IMG/VR virus record: IMGVR_UViG_3300025003_000394
Direction: 5' to 3' (one strand)
Length of the DNA: 20,000 bases
Source: an uncultured virus (IMG/VR IMGVR_UViG_3300025003_000394)
Lineage: Duplodnaviria; Heunggongvirae; Uroviricota; Caudoviricetes
In this document: positions 8,335 to 16,988 of the stretch, piece after piece
How positions within the stretch are numbered: position 1 is the first letter of the stretch
How the letters are laid out: the number at the start of each line of letters is the position of its first letter
Program-made: the position numbers and the translations under genes
The notes under the pieces: model-generated
Seen by the model: only the letters and a program-made list of their open reading frames with translations
What the model was told of the DNA's origin: nothing
The model's database searches: none

Positions 8335-9243
8335 CTATATTCTCTTAATATTTTTAGCAAGTTCATTAATCGGAATAGTAATACTTTGCATTCCCAAAGT
8401 TACATCGTTGAGAAATGGAAATTCCAATAATGACTGTTGGTTATTGCCATAGTTAAATGAGTTACCTAATAATTTATTAATAGTTTTCTCAGATGTATAT
8501 GTTGCTCTATCACTATTGATTCCAAATGTACCATTTGGGTAGAAAAACAAATTATATTCTTTAAATTCAATTTCATTAGTATGCTCTTTACAAACTTCAT
8601 ACGTATATAATTTAGAATGATATTTGATGTTAAATGAGCGAATAAGATCTTCTATATTTAAAAACTGGGATTCTTCTACATTATATAGTTTACAGAGATA
8701 GGCGAAAATAGAAAAATTATTATTTTTTGGAAGAAATTCATTAATAAAATTTATATCTTCCAGATGATTTATTTTACTTAATTCAATCTTTAGTTTTATA
8801 ATGTTTTTATTTGTTTTGTTGATAATTGAGTTATTTTTTTTAATGGATTTAAAAATATTGCTCATTTCTTTTTGTGGAATTGAATTAAATAATTCAAAAG
8901 CAACATGGAGTCCTGTAATAAAATCAAGACTTTTCTCTTTTTGTCCTTTAAAACTAAGACTTTCCTCTTTTTGTCCTTTAAAACTAAGACAATTTGCAGA
9001 AGTTTTTATGTTGGTATTAATTCTAAGTTCTGAGTTAATAAATTGAATTTGAAATAAAAGCCCCAGTTTTTCATAAAAAACATTAGTAAATCCAGATAGT
9101 TGAAGCTCAATTGTAGGGGGGGAAGAATTGAAGGAAAGCCTTTCTTTCAGCATTTCAAATAAGTAACAATTATTCTTTTCTGCATTGCTGTTCTCAATTA
9201 TTAAAATTTCAATATTTTTACTGATCTCAGAAGTTGGTTTCAT
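8335..9243 (-). CDS. Hypothetical coiled-coil protein, paralog family B
   Basis: 302 aa; INEFLPKNNNFSIFAYLCKLYNV and TINKLLGN align with motifs in 9291-10238 and 13116-14087. Confidence 0.8.
   Translation of the reverse strand: MKPTSEISKNIEILIIENSNAEKNNCYLFEMLKERLSFNSSPPTIELQLSGFTNVFYEKLGLLFQIQFINSELRINTNIKTSANCLSFKGQKEESLSFKGQKEKSLDFITGLHVAFELFNSIPQKEMSNIFKSIKKNNSIINKTNKNIIKLKIELSKINHLEDINFINEFLPKNNNFSIFAYLCKLYNVEESQFLNIEDLIRSFNIKYHSKLYTYEVCKEHTNEIEFKEYNLFFYPNGTFGINSDRATYTSEKTINKLLGNSFNYGNNQQSLLEFPFLNDVTLGMQSITIPINELAKNIKRI
8926..8990. repeat. In-frame 30-bp tandem duplication
   Basis: AAGACTTT(T/C)CTCTTTTTGTCCTTTAAAACT twice plus AAGAC; encodes LSFKGQKEES/LSFKGQKEKS. Confidence 0.9.
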
Positions 9244-9290
9244 TGGTTAATTCCCTTATTTTTATTAAATGTTTGTTTAAGTAAATATAA

Positions 9291-10238
9291 TTAAAAATAA
9301 CTAATATTATTTTGAATCAAAAATGGTTTTAATTTCCCAGAAAATTCATATATATTAAAGGTGGCAGATATATTTTGAGATCTCCAGTATTCTTGCAAGG
9401 TAAGATAGTTGCCATTTTGAAATAAATTATTATCAGTAATAGCATTGGATTTAGTAATGAGTTGGTTTTTAAAAGAACATTGTTGGGATAATATTTTATT
9501 AATTTCCTTTACACTGTTTATTTTTTTGTAATGATGGTAAAGATAAAACTCTCCAGTTATATAATTTAAAACGACTTTCACTAATTTAAAGCTTATTACA
9601 TCTCTATAAGATATTTTTGTGAGGTCTCTAATGACAAATTCAAAGGATTTGTTTTCATTATTGGACATGATATATTTTTTTAAATCATTTTTAATGCTTT
9701 TTTCATCAAAAGGTATGTTAAAAAAATCAGTAATATATTTTTCAATAGAAAAGCTATTTAAAGTAGGGATAATTCTATCAATGATTGAGATTTCTTGTTG
9801 TAGATTAAGTATTTTTAATTTATATTCTAATGAAAAGATGTCGTCTGAAATACGTTCAATATCCTTGCTAAGAGATTTAATTATGTCAGTGTTTTTTTGT
9901 AACATTTCTTCATTAAAAGAGTAAAATTGACTAATAACACTACTTATCTCCTTTACATCAATAATGCTTGGTTGACTGTCTTTTTTTATAATATCAATTA
10001 TGTTTTTAATTTTAATTTCACATAAATTAAAATATATTTGAAAAGAAATTCCTCTTTCAATAGAATGAATGTAATAATTAACGGTTATTGAAGATTTATT
10101 TAAACCATAACTAATAGTTGTATTTTCAAGAATAATTTTACTTAAAAAGCAGTTGATAAATTCAAATTGTGATTTTTTATTAATCTCTAGATTTTTTTTG
10201 GCCTCAATAAGGCTCAAATTAACTTCTTCAATTGACAT
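9291..10238 (-). CDS. Hypothetical coiled-coil protein, paralog family B; ends IQNNISYF
   Basis: 315 aa; IDRIIPTLNSFSIEKYITDFFNI and EINKILSQQCSFKNQLI motifs. Confidence 0.8.
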   Translation of the reverse strand: MSIEEVNLSLIEAKKNLEINKKSQFEFINCFLSKIILENTTISYGLNKSSITVNYYIHSIERGISFQIYFNLCEIKIKNIIDIIKKDSQPSIIDVKEISSVISQFYSFNEEMLQKNTDIIKSLSKDIERISDDIFSLEYKLKILNLQQEISIIDRIIPTLNSFSIEKYITDFFNIPFDEKSIKNDLKKYIMSNNENKSFEFVIRDLTKISYRDVISFKLVKVVLNYITGEFYLYHHYKKINSVKEINKILSQQCSFKNQLITKSNAITDNNLFQNGNYLTLQEYWRSQNISATFNIYEFSGKLKPFLIQNNISYF

Positions 10239-10276
10239 TTTTTTGACCTATATTTTGTGGAAGTAAATGATGACTA

Positions 10277-10306
10277 ATTATATAGCATTAGTGAGTGTGA
10301 GGTCAA
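10277..10306 (-). promoter_or_regulatory. Sigma70-type promoter for 9291-10238
   Basis: TTGACC (10306-10301), 18 nt, TATAAT (10282-10277). Confidence 0.6.
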
Positions 10307-10362
10307 GATAAAATCAATAATAATAATCAATTTATCATAGTATTGATAAGTAAGTAAGCAGT

Positions 10363-10773
10363 TTATTCTGAAATAATATATGAATTATCAGTATAAAGAT
10401 CTATTGTAATATAGCGTATTTCCTCACTGTTTTGAGAGTTAAATATAATAGTGCTTATCCTCACTTCTTCTGGCTGAATTGGTTCTTTTTCTAATGTTTG
10501 ATCAATGAGATTAATAATAAAAACTTCTGTTTCTTTAAATACGTACTCTTGGGTAATCCAAGTCCAAAATAGCTTATTATCTTCAATTTCATGATCAAGT
10601 GTTACAGAATTATCGCCCTCTGAGAGCCAGAAAACCTTATTACTATCAACACTAATATTTTTATTAACTTTATTGTTAATCAATGAAATTTTATTTTTGG
10701 ATAAAAAATCAAAAAAATCAAGCATTCCTTTTTCAGTTAAAATTAATTTTCCCCACTCTTTTTGATAAGACAT
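10363..10773 (-). CDS. Hypothetical protein
   Basis: 136 aa, GGAGG RBS, 8 bp downstream of the hydrolase gene. Confidence 0.75.
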   Translation of the reverse strand: MSYQKEWGKLILTEKGMLDFFDFLSKNKISLINNKVNKNISVDSNKVFWLSEGDNSVTLDHEIEDNKLFWTWITQEYVFKETEVFIINLIDQTLEKEPIQPEEVRISTIIFNSQNSEEIRYITIDLYTDNSYIISE

Positions 10774-10781
10774 AATGCCTC

Positions 10782-11663
10782 CTATATTTTTTTTATTTTA
10801 TTATTTTTTACAATAATTTCTTTTGGATATTTTTCCAAAAAAGTTCTTATTTCATTATTTTGTAAGGGTATCGAAAGCTGTTGGTAAAAATAACTATCAA
10901 TCCCAAACTCAGATCTACTAAGAGGCATAAGGTAATCTTGAGCAAAAAAATGTCCAGTAGCCTCCCGTTTGTAAATTTTTCCAGAATGAATACTATTATT
11001 AATAAGAAGTCCAAGATTGGGTATAGGATCTTCTGTATTAACAAAATGTTCAGTTAGAATATTTTTATCTAAATTACATTGATTAATAGCTGCACCAAAA
11101 GTAATAAATTTAATATTTTTTAATTCTTCTTTATTAAGCTCTTTTTGTGCAAGATTGAGTGCTTTATTAATAAGTGTTGCACCTTGAGAATGACCAATCA
11201 AAGTTAATATATCAGAGCTTGTTTTAAGTTTAAAAATAATAAATTTGGTTATGTGCTTGGTTGCATTTGAGTAGTTGTCAATATTTCGATCATATGAGCT
11301 TTCAAGAAGATCAATGAGTAATCCTCCAGATTTATTATATAACAGCCCAATATCGGTGTTAAGTAACGAAGAAAGTAGTTTTTTTTGCTCAATTGCTTCA
11401 TTTTCAGAAGTTAATATACCATTAACAAAAAAAATATTTGTAGAGTCAGTATCAATATTTTTAATCGAAGAATTTGGTAAAGTAGAGTCTTGATCAAAGA
11501 ATATAAGTTTTTTTATTTGTTCTAAAAAACTTTGATTACTGTTTGGTTTACTACTAAAAATAGTTCTTAAGTTAAAAAGTTTGAAAATTTTATCTGAATT
11601 TTTAATAAGCAGGTTAATATCTGCTGTAATAGTTCTATTGGTTAAATAGTCTCTTGCCGACAT
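10782..11663 (-). CDS. Alpha/beta-fold hydrolase (lipase-like); start reassigned to ATG 11663
   Basis: IFFVNGI oxyanion strand, LIGHSQGA nucleophile elbow, FITFGAA, HFVNTEDPIP (Asp), GHFF (His); GGAG RBS before MSARD. Confidence 0.8.
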   Translation of the reverse strand: MSARDYLTNRTITADINLLIKNSDKIFKLFNLRTIFSSKPNSNQSFLEQIKKLIFFDQDSTLPNSSIKNIDTDSTNIFFVNGILTSENEAIEQKKLLSSLLNTDIGLLYNKSGGLLIDLLESSYDRNIDNYSNATKHITKFIIFKLKTSSDILTLIGHSQGATLINKALNLAQKELNKEELKNIKFITFGAAINQCNLDKNILTEHFVNTEDPIPNLGLLINNSIHSGKIYKREATGHFFAQDYLMPLSRSEFGIDSYFYQQLSIPLQNNEIRTFLEKYPKEIIVKNNKIKKI

Positions 11664-11848
11664 GATTAATCTCCGTTTTAATATTATCATTATATCATTA
11701 AAGTTTAAAATAATCGTTTTTTATATTTATTTTTATATTTTAAAGTAAATAATGAGAACAAAAAGTCATGATTTGATGCTTTGTTTTAAAGATATATTTG
11801 TTAAAAAAAATAATATGTTATAATGGGATTATATATGGGGAGAAAAAA

Positions 11849-13066
11849 ATGAGTGAATTAATTAAAAGAATTGAACAAAATTATGAAAAAGAGTGGGAAG
11901 CAAAAGAAGCTAAAAGATGGTCTGCTATTTTTCAAGAATTAAATGAAAAAATAGATAAAATAGAAAGTAATGGTGAATTAATAGCTGCTGAATTTAAAGA
12001 TGTTAATGAGATATTTGGAAGATTATTTGATTTAGTGTATAGGGGGAATCTAGGAGTAAGATCATTTATTGAACATTCCAATGATAAAAAGAAAACAGCG
12101 TTAGAGGAATTCATGTATTTTGAATATCCTTCTGGAGTTACTGGTTTAAATAAGTTCTCTAAATTATTGGCTAAATCTGATATAAGCAATGAAAGTGAAA
12201 CAACGAAGGAAGGATTTAAGTATGCAGTAGCAGCAACAAATGAGTTAATTGAAATAAGAGAAAAGTTAGTGGAATTTAAACAATTAATTGTAAAGAAAAG
12301 AAAGAGCGTTGTTGAGGCTGAAAAGGAAGTTGCAAGGCGTGGCTCACATGAAGACGTTAAGAAGGCAGTGAAGTACTTAACTGGATTAATAGAAAGCAAT
12401 AAAACGGGGATAATAGATCATAGTATGAGAGTTTATCAGAAATATTATCACAATATAGTTACAGCACTAAAAGAGGATAATTTAGTTATTTCTCCAAATA
12501 GTAAAGATACCAACTATAAACAAAATGATTATTCAATTAGTGAAATACTGAAAGTGGCTAATTTTAAGTATGGTGACAAATATATGGTAATGAAAGACCA
12601 AAAAGAAATAGACCATCAAATAGAAAAGGACGCATTAAGAAACTATGAAGATCTTAAAATGTTTTATGTTAGTAGAGTGTCTGATAAAGTTGCTGTAATT
12701 TTAAGTGATAAAGGTAATCTTGAAAAAATTGAGACGTTAAATTTGCATGTAAATCATGAGGTTGAGGCTTTATTAACATTTAAATTTAATGATAAAAGCC
12801 AGTTTGATTTAAGTACAAAAGTCGAATGGGTTAATGGATACACTCAAAACCCACAACAATTTATGAGAGTACCAACAAGATTTCATAACGTAGTTACACC
12901 TGATGGTGTAAGGCATACAGCTAATTTAAGTCAAAAAGGCACACAAGACTTATATGCAATGGAATATAATGTAGTTAACGATAATGCTGTTGAAGATTAC
13001 TTAAGAAAAAAAGTGGACGGGGTTGAATATTCAACTAAGCCATCTTCAAGTAAAAGAAAAATTTAA
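11849..13066 (+). CDS. Hypothetical protein, helical N-terminal part with a beta-rich C-terminal domain; start reassigned to ATG 11849
   Basis: GGGGAG RBS, extended -10 TGtTATAAT at 11816-11824; the motif FKFNDKSQF...FMRVPTRFHNVVTPDG resembles, from memory and unverified, uncharacterised large-plasmid/phage proteins. Confidence 0.8.
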   Translation: MSELIKRIEQNYEKEWEAKEAKRWSAIFQELNEKIDKIESNGELIAAEFKDVNEIFGRLFDLVYRGNLGVRSFIEHSNDKKKTALEEFMYFEYPSGVTGLNKFSKLLAKSDISNESETTKEGFKYAVAATNELIEIREKLVEFKQLIVKKRKSVVEAEKEVARRGSHEDVKKAVKYLTGLIESNKTGIIDHSMRVYQKYYHNIVTALKEDNLVISPNSKDTNYKQNDYSISEILKVANFKYGDKYMVMKDQKEIDHQIEKDALRNYEDLKMFYVSRVSDKVAVILSDKGNLEKIETLNLHVNHEVEALLTFKFNDKSQFDLSTKVEWVNGYTQNPQQFMRVPTRFHNVVTPDGVRHTANLSQKGTQDLYAMEYNVVNDNAVEDYLRKKVDGVEYSTKPSSSKRKI

Positions 13067-13067
13067 G

Positions 13068-13102
13068 AAAAAAAGATATCTTAAAAAAGATATCTTTTTT
13101 TT
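13068..13102. terminator. Bidirectional terminator-like inverted repeat
   Basis: AAAAAAAGATATCTT-AAAA-AAGATATCTTTTTTT between convergent genes. Confidence 0.7.
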
Positions 13103-13115
13103 ATTTTAAGTAAAG

Positions 13116-14087
13116 TTAGAAATCTTTAACTTTATTTAAAATAGCATCTTGCATAAAAATTTCGTTAAACTCTTTTAATGAAAGTCCTTTATCATTAAGT
13201 AATTTGAGCTTGCCATCCTGACTATTATGAGTCAAAATTAGTTCTTGCTGATAAAGTACTTGTTGACTAAGAATTTTATTGATTGCTTTTTTTGTTTTAT
13301 GGATATAACTATTTCCTGAATTGTCATTAAAGTATAAATAAAGAGTGCCGTTTTTGTTAACAGAAAGCTTAATGTCTTCTAGGGAGATCTGATCATTATT
13401 GATAAAAAGAATAATAAAAGAGAGTTCTAAAGCAGTAGAAGTCACATAAGTATAATGATTTTGAGTAGAAAGAACTTCTTTTAACTCTCTCTTTTCAAAA
13501 GGCGTAAGCTTGCTATTGTCTAGATATTTAATATTAAAATAATCACAAAGGTAGTGGTCAATCGAAAAAGATTTAATAAAAGGAAGCACCTCTGAGATGT
13601 GTGGATAAGACATTTTGCTTGTAGTGATGCTAATTTCTCTCTCCAACTTATTAATGTCTTTTTTTAATCTAATCGCTTGTAATGAAAGATCGTTTAGTTG
13701 ATTTACTTTATCAACAATAAATTTTTGCTTTTCAGGAGAAACTTTTTCAAGAAAAAGATTGATTATACCAGAAAAAAGAAATAACTCAGATATACTATTG
13801 CTTGCAGTAATGTTTACAGAGTTGTTTTGAAAAAGTATATTGGAGGTAATAGATAGCTCATCGTTAATTGAAGAAAGTTTTATATAAAATTTATTGTTGG
13901 TTTTTATTTTTTTTTCTAAAGAATAATTAATCTGAATTTGTTGATTTTTATCATGATATTCAATTTCTAGAACAATATTTTTGATTGTGAATAATTCTTC
14001 AAAAATATCAATAATTGTTTTTTTTAGTGATAATAGAGACTTTAATTCTTCTTTTTTATTTAAAAGTATTTCTTTATCATTTAACAT
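13116..14087 (-). CDS. Hypothetical coiled-coil protein, paralog family B; ends ILNKVKDF
   Basis: 323 aa; ISEVLPFIKSFSIDHYLCDYFNI and AINKILSQQVLYQQELI motifs. Confidence 0.8.
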   Translation of the reverse strand: MLNDKEILLNKKEELKSLLSLKKTIIDIFEELFTIKNIVLEIEYHDKNQQIQINYSLEKKIKTNNKFYIKLSSINDELSITSNILFQNNSVNITASNSISELFLFSGIINLFLEKVSPEKQKFIVDKVNQLNDLSLQAIRLKKDINKLEREISITTSKMSYPHISEVLPFIKSFSIDHYLCDYFNIKYLDNSKLTPFEKRELKEVLSTQNHYTYVTSTALELSFIILFINNDQISLEDIKLSVNKNGTLYLYFNDNSGNSYIHKTKKAINKILSQQVLYQQELILTHNSQDGKLKLLNDKGLSLKEFNEIFMQDAILNKVKDF

Positions 14088-14123
14088 GTTTGTAAACCTA
14101 ATAAGTTTGTTAATTAAGTTATT

Positions 14124-14152
14124 ATTATACTGAAGAAATGGATGAGTAGCAA
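14124..14152 (-). promoter_or_regulatory. Sigma70-type promoter for 13116-14087
   Basis: TTGCTA (14152-14147), 17 nt, TATAAT (14129-14124). Confidence 0.65.
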
Positions 14153-14185
14153 GTGTAAAATTAGGTTAATAGGTAAGTAATTGGC

Positions 14186-14824
14186 TTAAAAATCAATTAA
14201 TTTATTAATAAGTGACTTTTGCTTTTTATAGATATTTAAGTTATTGTCAAATTCATCAATACTGCATTCTGACTTGGAGTGGTTAAGGTATGTTGCTGTA
14301 ATAATAAAATCAGAAAGCTGATTTTTATCTCTTAATGATACAAGTGCATCAATATATCGATCTATATTTTGATTTATTTCTATTTTTTTTATTTTCCTAA
14401 ATAGATATGTATAATAAATAGACGAACTTGGGGTATTAAGTAGTAATTTTTCTAAATTTTGGTGATTATTAATAATAAAATCAATATTTTTGTTTTCTTT
14501 CGTAATAGCATCCATAAAAACATCGTCTCTATTTCCTAATATTTTTTTAACAATAAGTAGGAGCAATATACAGTCTTTGTCAATTACAATATATGGAACC
14601 ATAGAAATAATAAAATTATAGAAATCATTGTGGTAGTGTTCAAATATAGGCATGGTGTAGTGACCAAAACTCTCGGTTGAAAGATAATTAATAATAATAG
14701 GGTAGTTATTAGTAATGTCATCACTTTTAGATAGAATTTTCTGAATATGTAAAATCCCACTAATAATGGGTATTGCTAATTTTGGAGGATTTTTTTTAAA
14801 TATTTTTTTTATAATTGAAATCAT
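14186..14824 (-). CDS. Hypothetical helical protein; ends LINKLIDF
   Basis: 212-aa ORF; no recognised domain. Confidence 0.75.
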   Translation of the reverse strand: MISIIKKIFKKNPPKLAIPIISGILHIQKILSKSDDITNNYPIIINYLSTESFGHYTMPIFEHYHNDFYNFIISMVPYIVIDKDCILLLLIVKKILGNRDDVFMDAITKENKNIDFIINNHQNLEKLLLNTPSSSIYYTYLFRKIKKIEINQNIDRYIDALVSLRDKNQLSDFIITATYLNHSKSECSIDEFDNNLNIYKKQKSLINKLIDF

Positions 14825-14965
14825 ATTCTTTTACAGTCCATTATTAAGGTTATAATAAAATGTTATCATATGTAGAAATATAGAAAAGATATATTATCTA
14901 ATTATATTAAATATATTTAAATTAATTAGATAATATAAATTTTCTATATATTTTTGAAATTGAGA

Positions 14966-15436
14966 TTAAATCGATAATCCCTTTTTAATGTTATTGATTG
15001 CAGTTTTAATTAAGCCATGTTTAACAGGCTTGATATTGAGTTCAATATCAAGTAAGTAATTTGATTCTTCTTCTGAAGTAATAATATTATTTGATTTAGC
15101 AGCCTCTGCAAGTGTAATAAGCATAAACTTAATAGCATTAGCGTCATTTTTAGCAGATTCAGGTGTAAATTTGTTAAGAGCACGTAATCCTCTTTCACTA
15201 AATGTATATGAATTTCCATATTGTTCACTTTCATTTTTAGTTATTTCAAAGTGTGTATCATTATTAGATTTAAGATGATCAAGAAGCATAAGCGATAATG
15301 CTGGATTATTATTTGTGAATTCAAGTCTTGTGAATTCTTTATGGGCAGAATCAATAACTTCTTTTTTATTGTTAAAGTAGTTTTCTGGTTTTTCTATCAT
15401 ATTTTCAAATATTTCTTTAAATTCTTTATTGTCCAC
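14966..15436 (-). CDS. Hypothetical protein
   Basis: 156 aa, GTG start, AAGGA RBS, extended -10 TGaTATAAT at 15477-15469. Confidence 0.75.
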   Translation of the reverse strand: MDNKEFKEIFENMIEKPENYFNNKKEVIDSAHKEFTRLEFTNNNPALSLMLLDHLKSNNDTHFEITKNESEQYGNSYTFSERGLRALNKFTPESAKNDANAIKFMLITLAEAAKSNNIITSEEESNYLLDIELNIKPVKHGLIKTAINNIKKGLSI

Positions 15437-15501
15437 TATATATATCCTTTTATTATGGTTGTAATTGAATTATATCATATTTAAAAAAAACATCTACAAT
15501 A

Positions 15502-15987
15502 TTAGAAATGATTAACCTTATTTTTTATGTCTCTCTTAACTAACATTTGATATAAATTAGGATGATCAATGAATAGTGTACTTTTAACAGATTCTTGTTC
15601 CCATAATATATTAATTATATCAATATTTTCTTTATCAAGACTTGCTATATAAATAGCTTTATTTTTTTTTCCATTAAAAATAGCGTTAGGTAGACCTGAT
15701 AGGTATTTGAAAATAGTAGAATTGGAATTTTGTACACTAACAATTAATGCTATACCTTCCTCATGATTCGGTTGAGAAAGGGGATGGCTGACAATCTTTT
15801 TTAGTATATCAATTTGCTCATGAATACAACATAGAGTAATAAGTTTATTTAATAAAGATTGTAATTCAAGATCACTTAAATTAGATAAAATAAGTCTGTT
15901 ATAAAAAACAATAAAGTGATCATAAAGTTTATTTTCAATGGCATAATAAAGACTTTCTTCTAGATTATCAATTTCATTTTCAATCAA
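15502..15987 (-). CDS. Ankyrin-repeat-like protein; ends IKNKVNHF
   Basis: Degenerate ankyrin-like units LYYAIENKLYDHF, LCCIHEQIDILKKIV, ALIVSVQNSNSTIFKYL, AIYIASLDKENIDIINILW. Confidence 0.6.
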   Translation of the reverse strand: MIENEIDNLEESLYYAIENKLYDHFIVFYNRLILSNLSDLELQSLLNKLITLCCIHEQIDILKKIVSHPLSQPNHEEGIALIVSVQNSNSTIFKYLSGLPNAIFNGKKNKAIYIASLDKENIDIINILWEQESVKSTLFIDHPNLYQMLVKRDIKNKVNHF

Positions 15988-15999
15988 AATTAAATATCC

Positions 16000-16380
16000 T
16001 TATAATTGCATTTGTTTTAATTCAAAAATATCTATAATATGTGTTTTGATAAGGGTGATAATTTCATTATTAACAATGCCATTGTAGCTATACTCAATAC
16101 TTGTCCCACGCTCTGGTGCTGTAATAACCCAAAGTCTTAATTCTGGTGTTGTATTAAATAGCCAAACGTGTAATCGCCTATTAGAAGAGTCTTTTAGACA
16201 GAAATTTTGTTTCCCATATTTATCAATAAATATTTTTTTATTATTTTGTAAAATTTTGTGAACGTCAAGAGCATAATCATAACTCTCGTCTTGAAAACTA
16301 AACCAAAGTGCAATTTCAGGTATATTTTGAACGGGTCGGCTATTTGATTTTTTAAAATCTTCAATCATTTTTTTTGACAT
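16000..16380 (-). CDS. Hypothetical protein, paralog family C copy 1
   Basis: 126 aa, GGAG RBS; 96 of 124 aligned residues identical to 16447-16821 by hand count. Confidence 0.85.
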   Translation of the reverse strand: MSKKMIEDFKKSNSRPVQNIPEIALWFSFQDESYDYALDVHKILQNNKKIFIDKYGKQNFCLKDSSNRRLHVWLFNTTPELRLWVITAPERGTSIEYSYNGIVNNEIITLIKTHIIDIFELKQMQL

Positions 16381-16446
16381 ATTTTACTCCAAGTGAAATT
16401 AATTAATAATGGTGAAAGCTAAAAATTCTTATAAGTATAAATCTAA

Positions 16447-16821
16447 TTACATTTGCTTTAATTCGAAAATATCTCGAATATGAGTTTTAATAAGAGATAT
16501 AGCTTTTCTATTAATGATGCTATCATAACTGTATTCAATGCTTGTTCCGCGCTCTGGTGCTGTGATAACCCAAATCCTTAGTTCTGGTGTTGCATTAAAT
16601 AACCAAACATAAAGTTGCCTTTTAGCGGAGTCTTTTAAACAGAAATTTTGTTCTCCATATTTATCAGTAAATATTTTTTTATTATTTTGTAAAATTTTGT
16701 GAACTTCAAAGGCATAATCATCATTCTCATCATAGCAATTGAACCAAGCTGCAATTTTAGGTATATTTTGAATAGGTTGGCTATTTGATTTTTTAAAATC
16801 TTCAATCATTTTATCTGACAT
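16447..16821 (-). CDS. Hypothetical protein, paralog family C copy 2; start reassigned to ATG 16821
   Basis: MSDKMIEDFKK aligns with MSKKMIEDFKK; the longer TTG-start extension runs through a microsatellite and the promoter. Confidence 0.85.
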   Translation of the reverse strand: MSDKMIEDFKKSNSQPIQNIPKIAAWFNCYDENDDYAFEVHKILQNNKKIFTDKYGEQNFCLKDSAKRQLYVWLFNATPELRIWVITAPERGTSIEYSYDSIINRKAISLIKTHIRDIFELKQM

Positions 16822-16831
16822 ATTAGAATCC

Positions 16832-16855
16832 AAGTAAGTAAGTAAGTAAGTAAGT
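16832..16855. repeat. (AAGT)6 microsatellite in the 5' leader of 16447-16821
   Basis: Six perfect AAGT units. Confidence 0.9.
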
Positions 16856-16884
16856 ATAATAACATTCGTTGAATTAAAAGTCAA
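16856..16884 (-). promoter_or_regulatory. Sigma70-type promoter for family C genes
   Basis: TTGACT (16884-16879), 17 nt, TGtTATTAT (-10 at 16861-16856). Confidence 0.6.
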
Positions 16885-16988
16885 AAGAATGTATAGTTTT
16901 TTTTTAGTCTTAATTATTATTATCTTTGTAAAACAAGATTAGTAATGTATAATAATATACATAGGTAACTAATTTGAAGGTAAAAAAA

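Noticed and set aside
9291..15987. Terminal Phe as a BamA beta-signal of outer-membrane proteins
   Set aside because: These proteins lack signal peptides and alternating beta-strand patterns; the tail periodicity looks helical
16822..16884. N-terminal extension MTFNSTNVIILTYLLTYLDSN of the 145-aa ORF
   Set aside because: It is the translation of the promoter and (AAGT)6 repeat; the paralog starts at the equivalent of 16821
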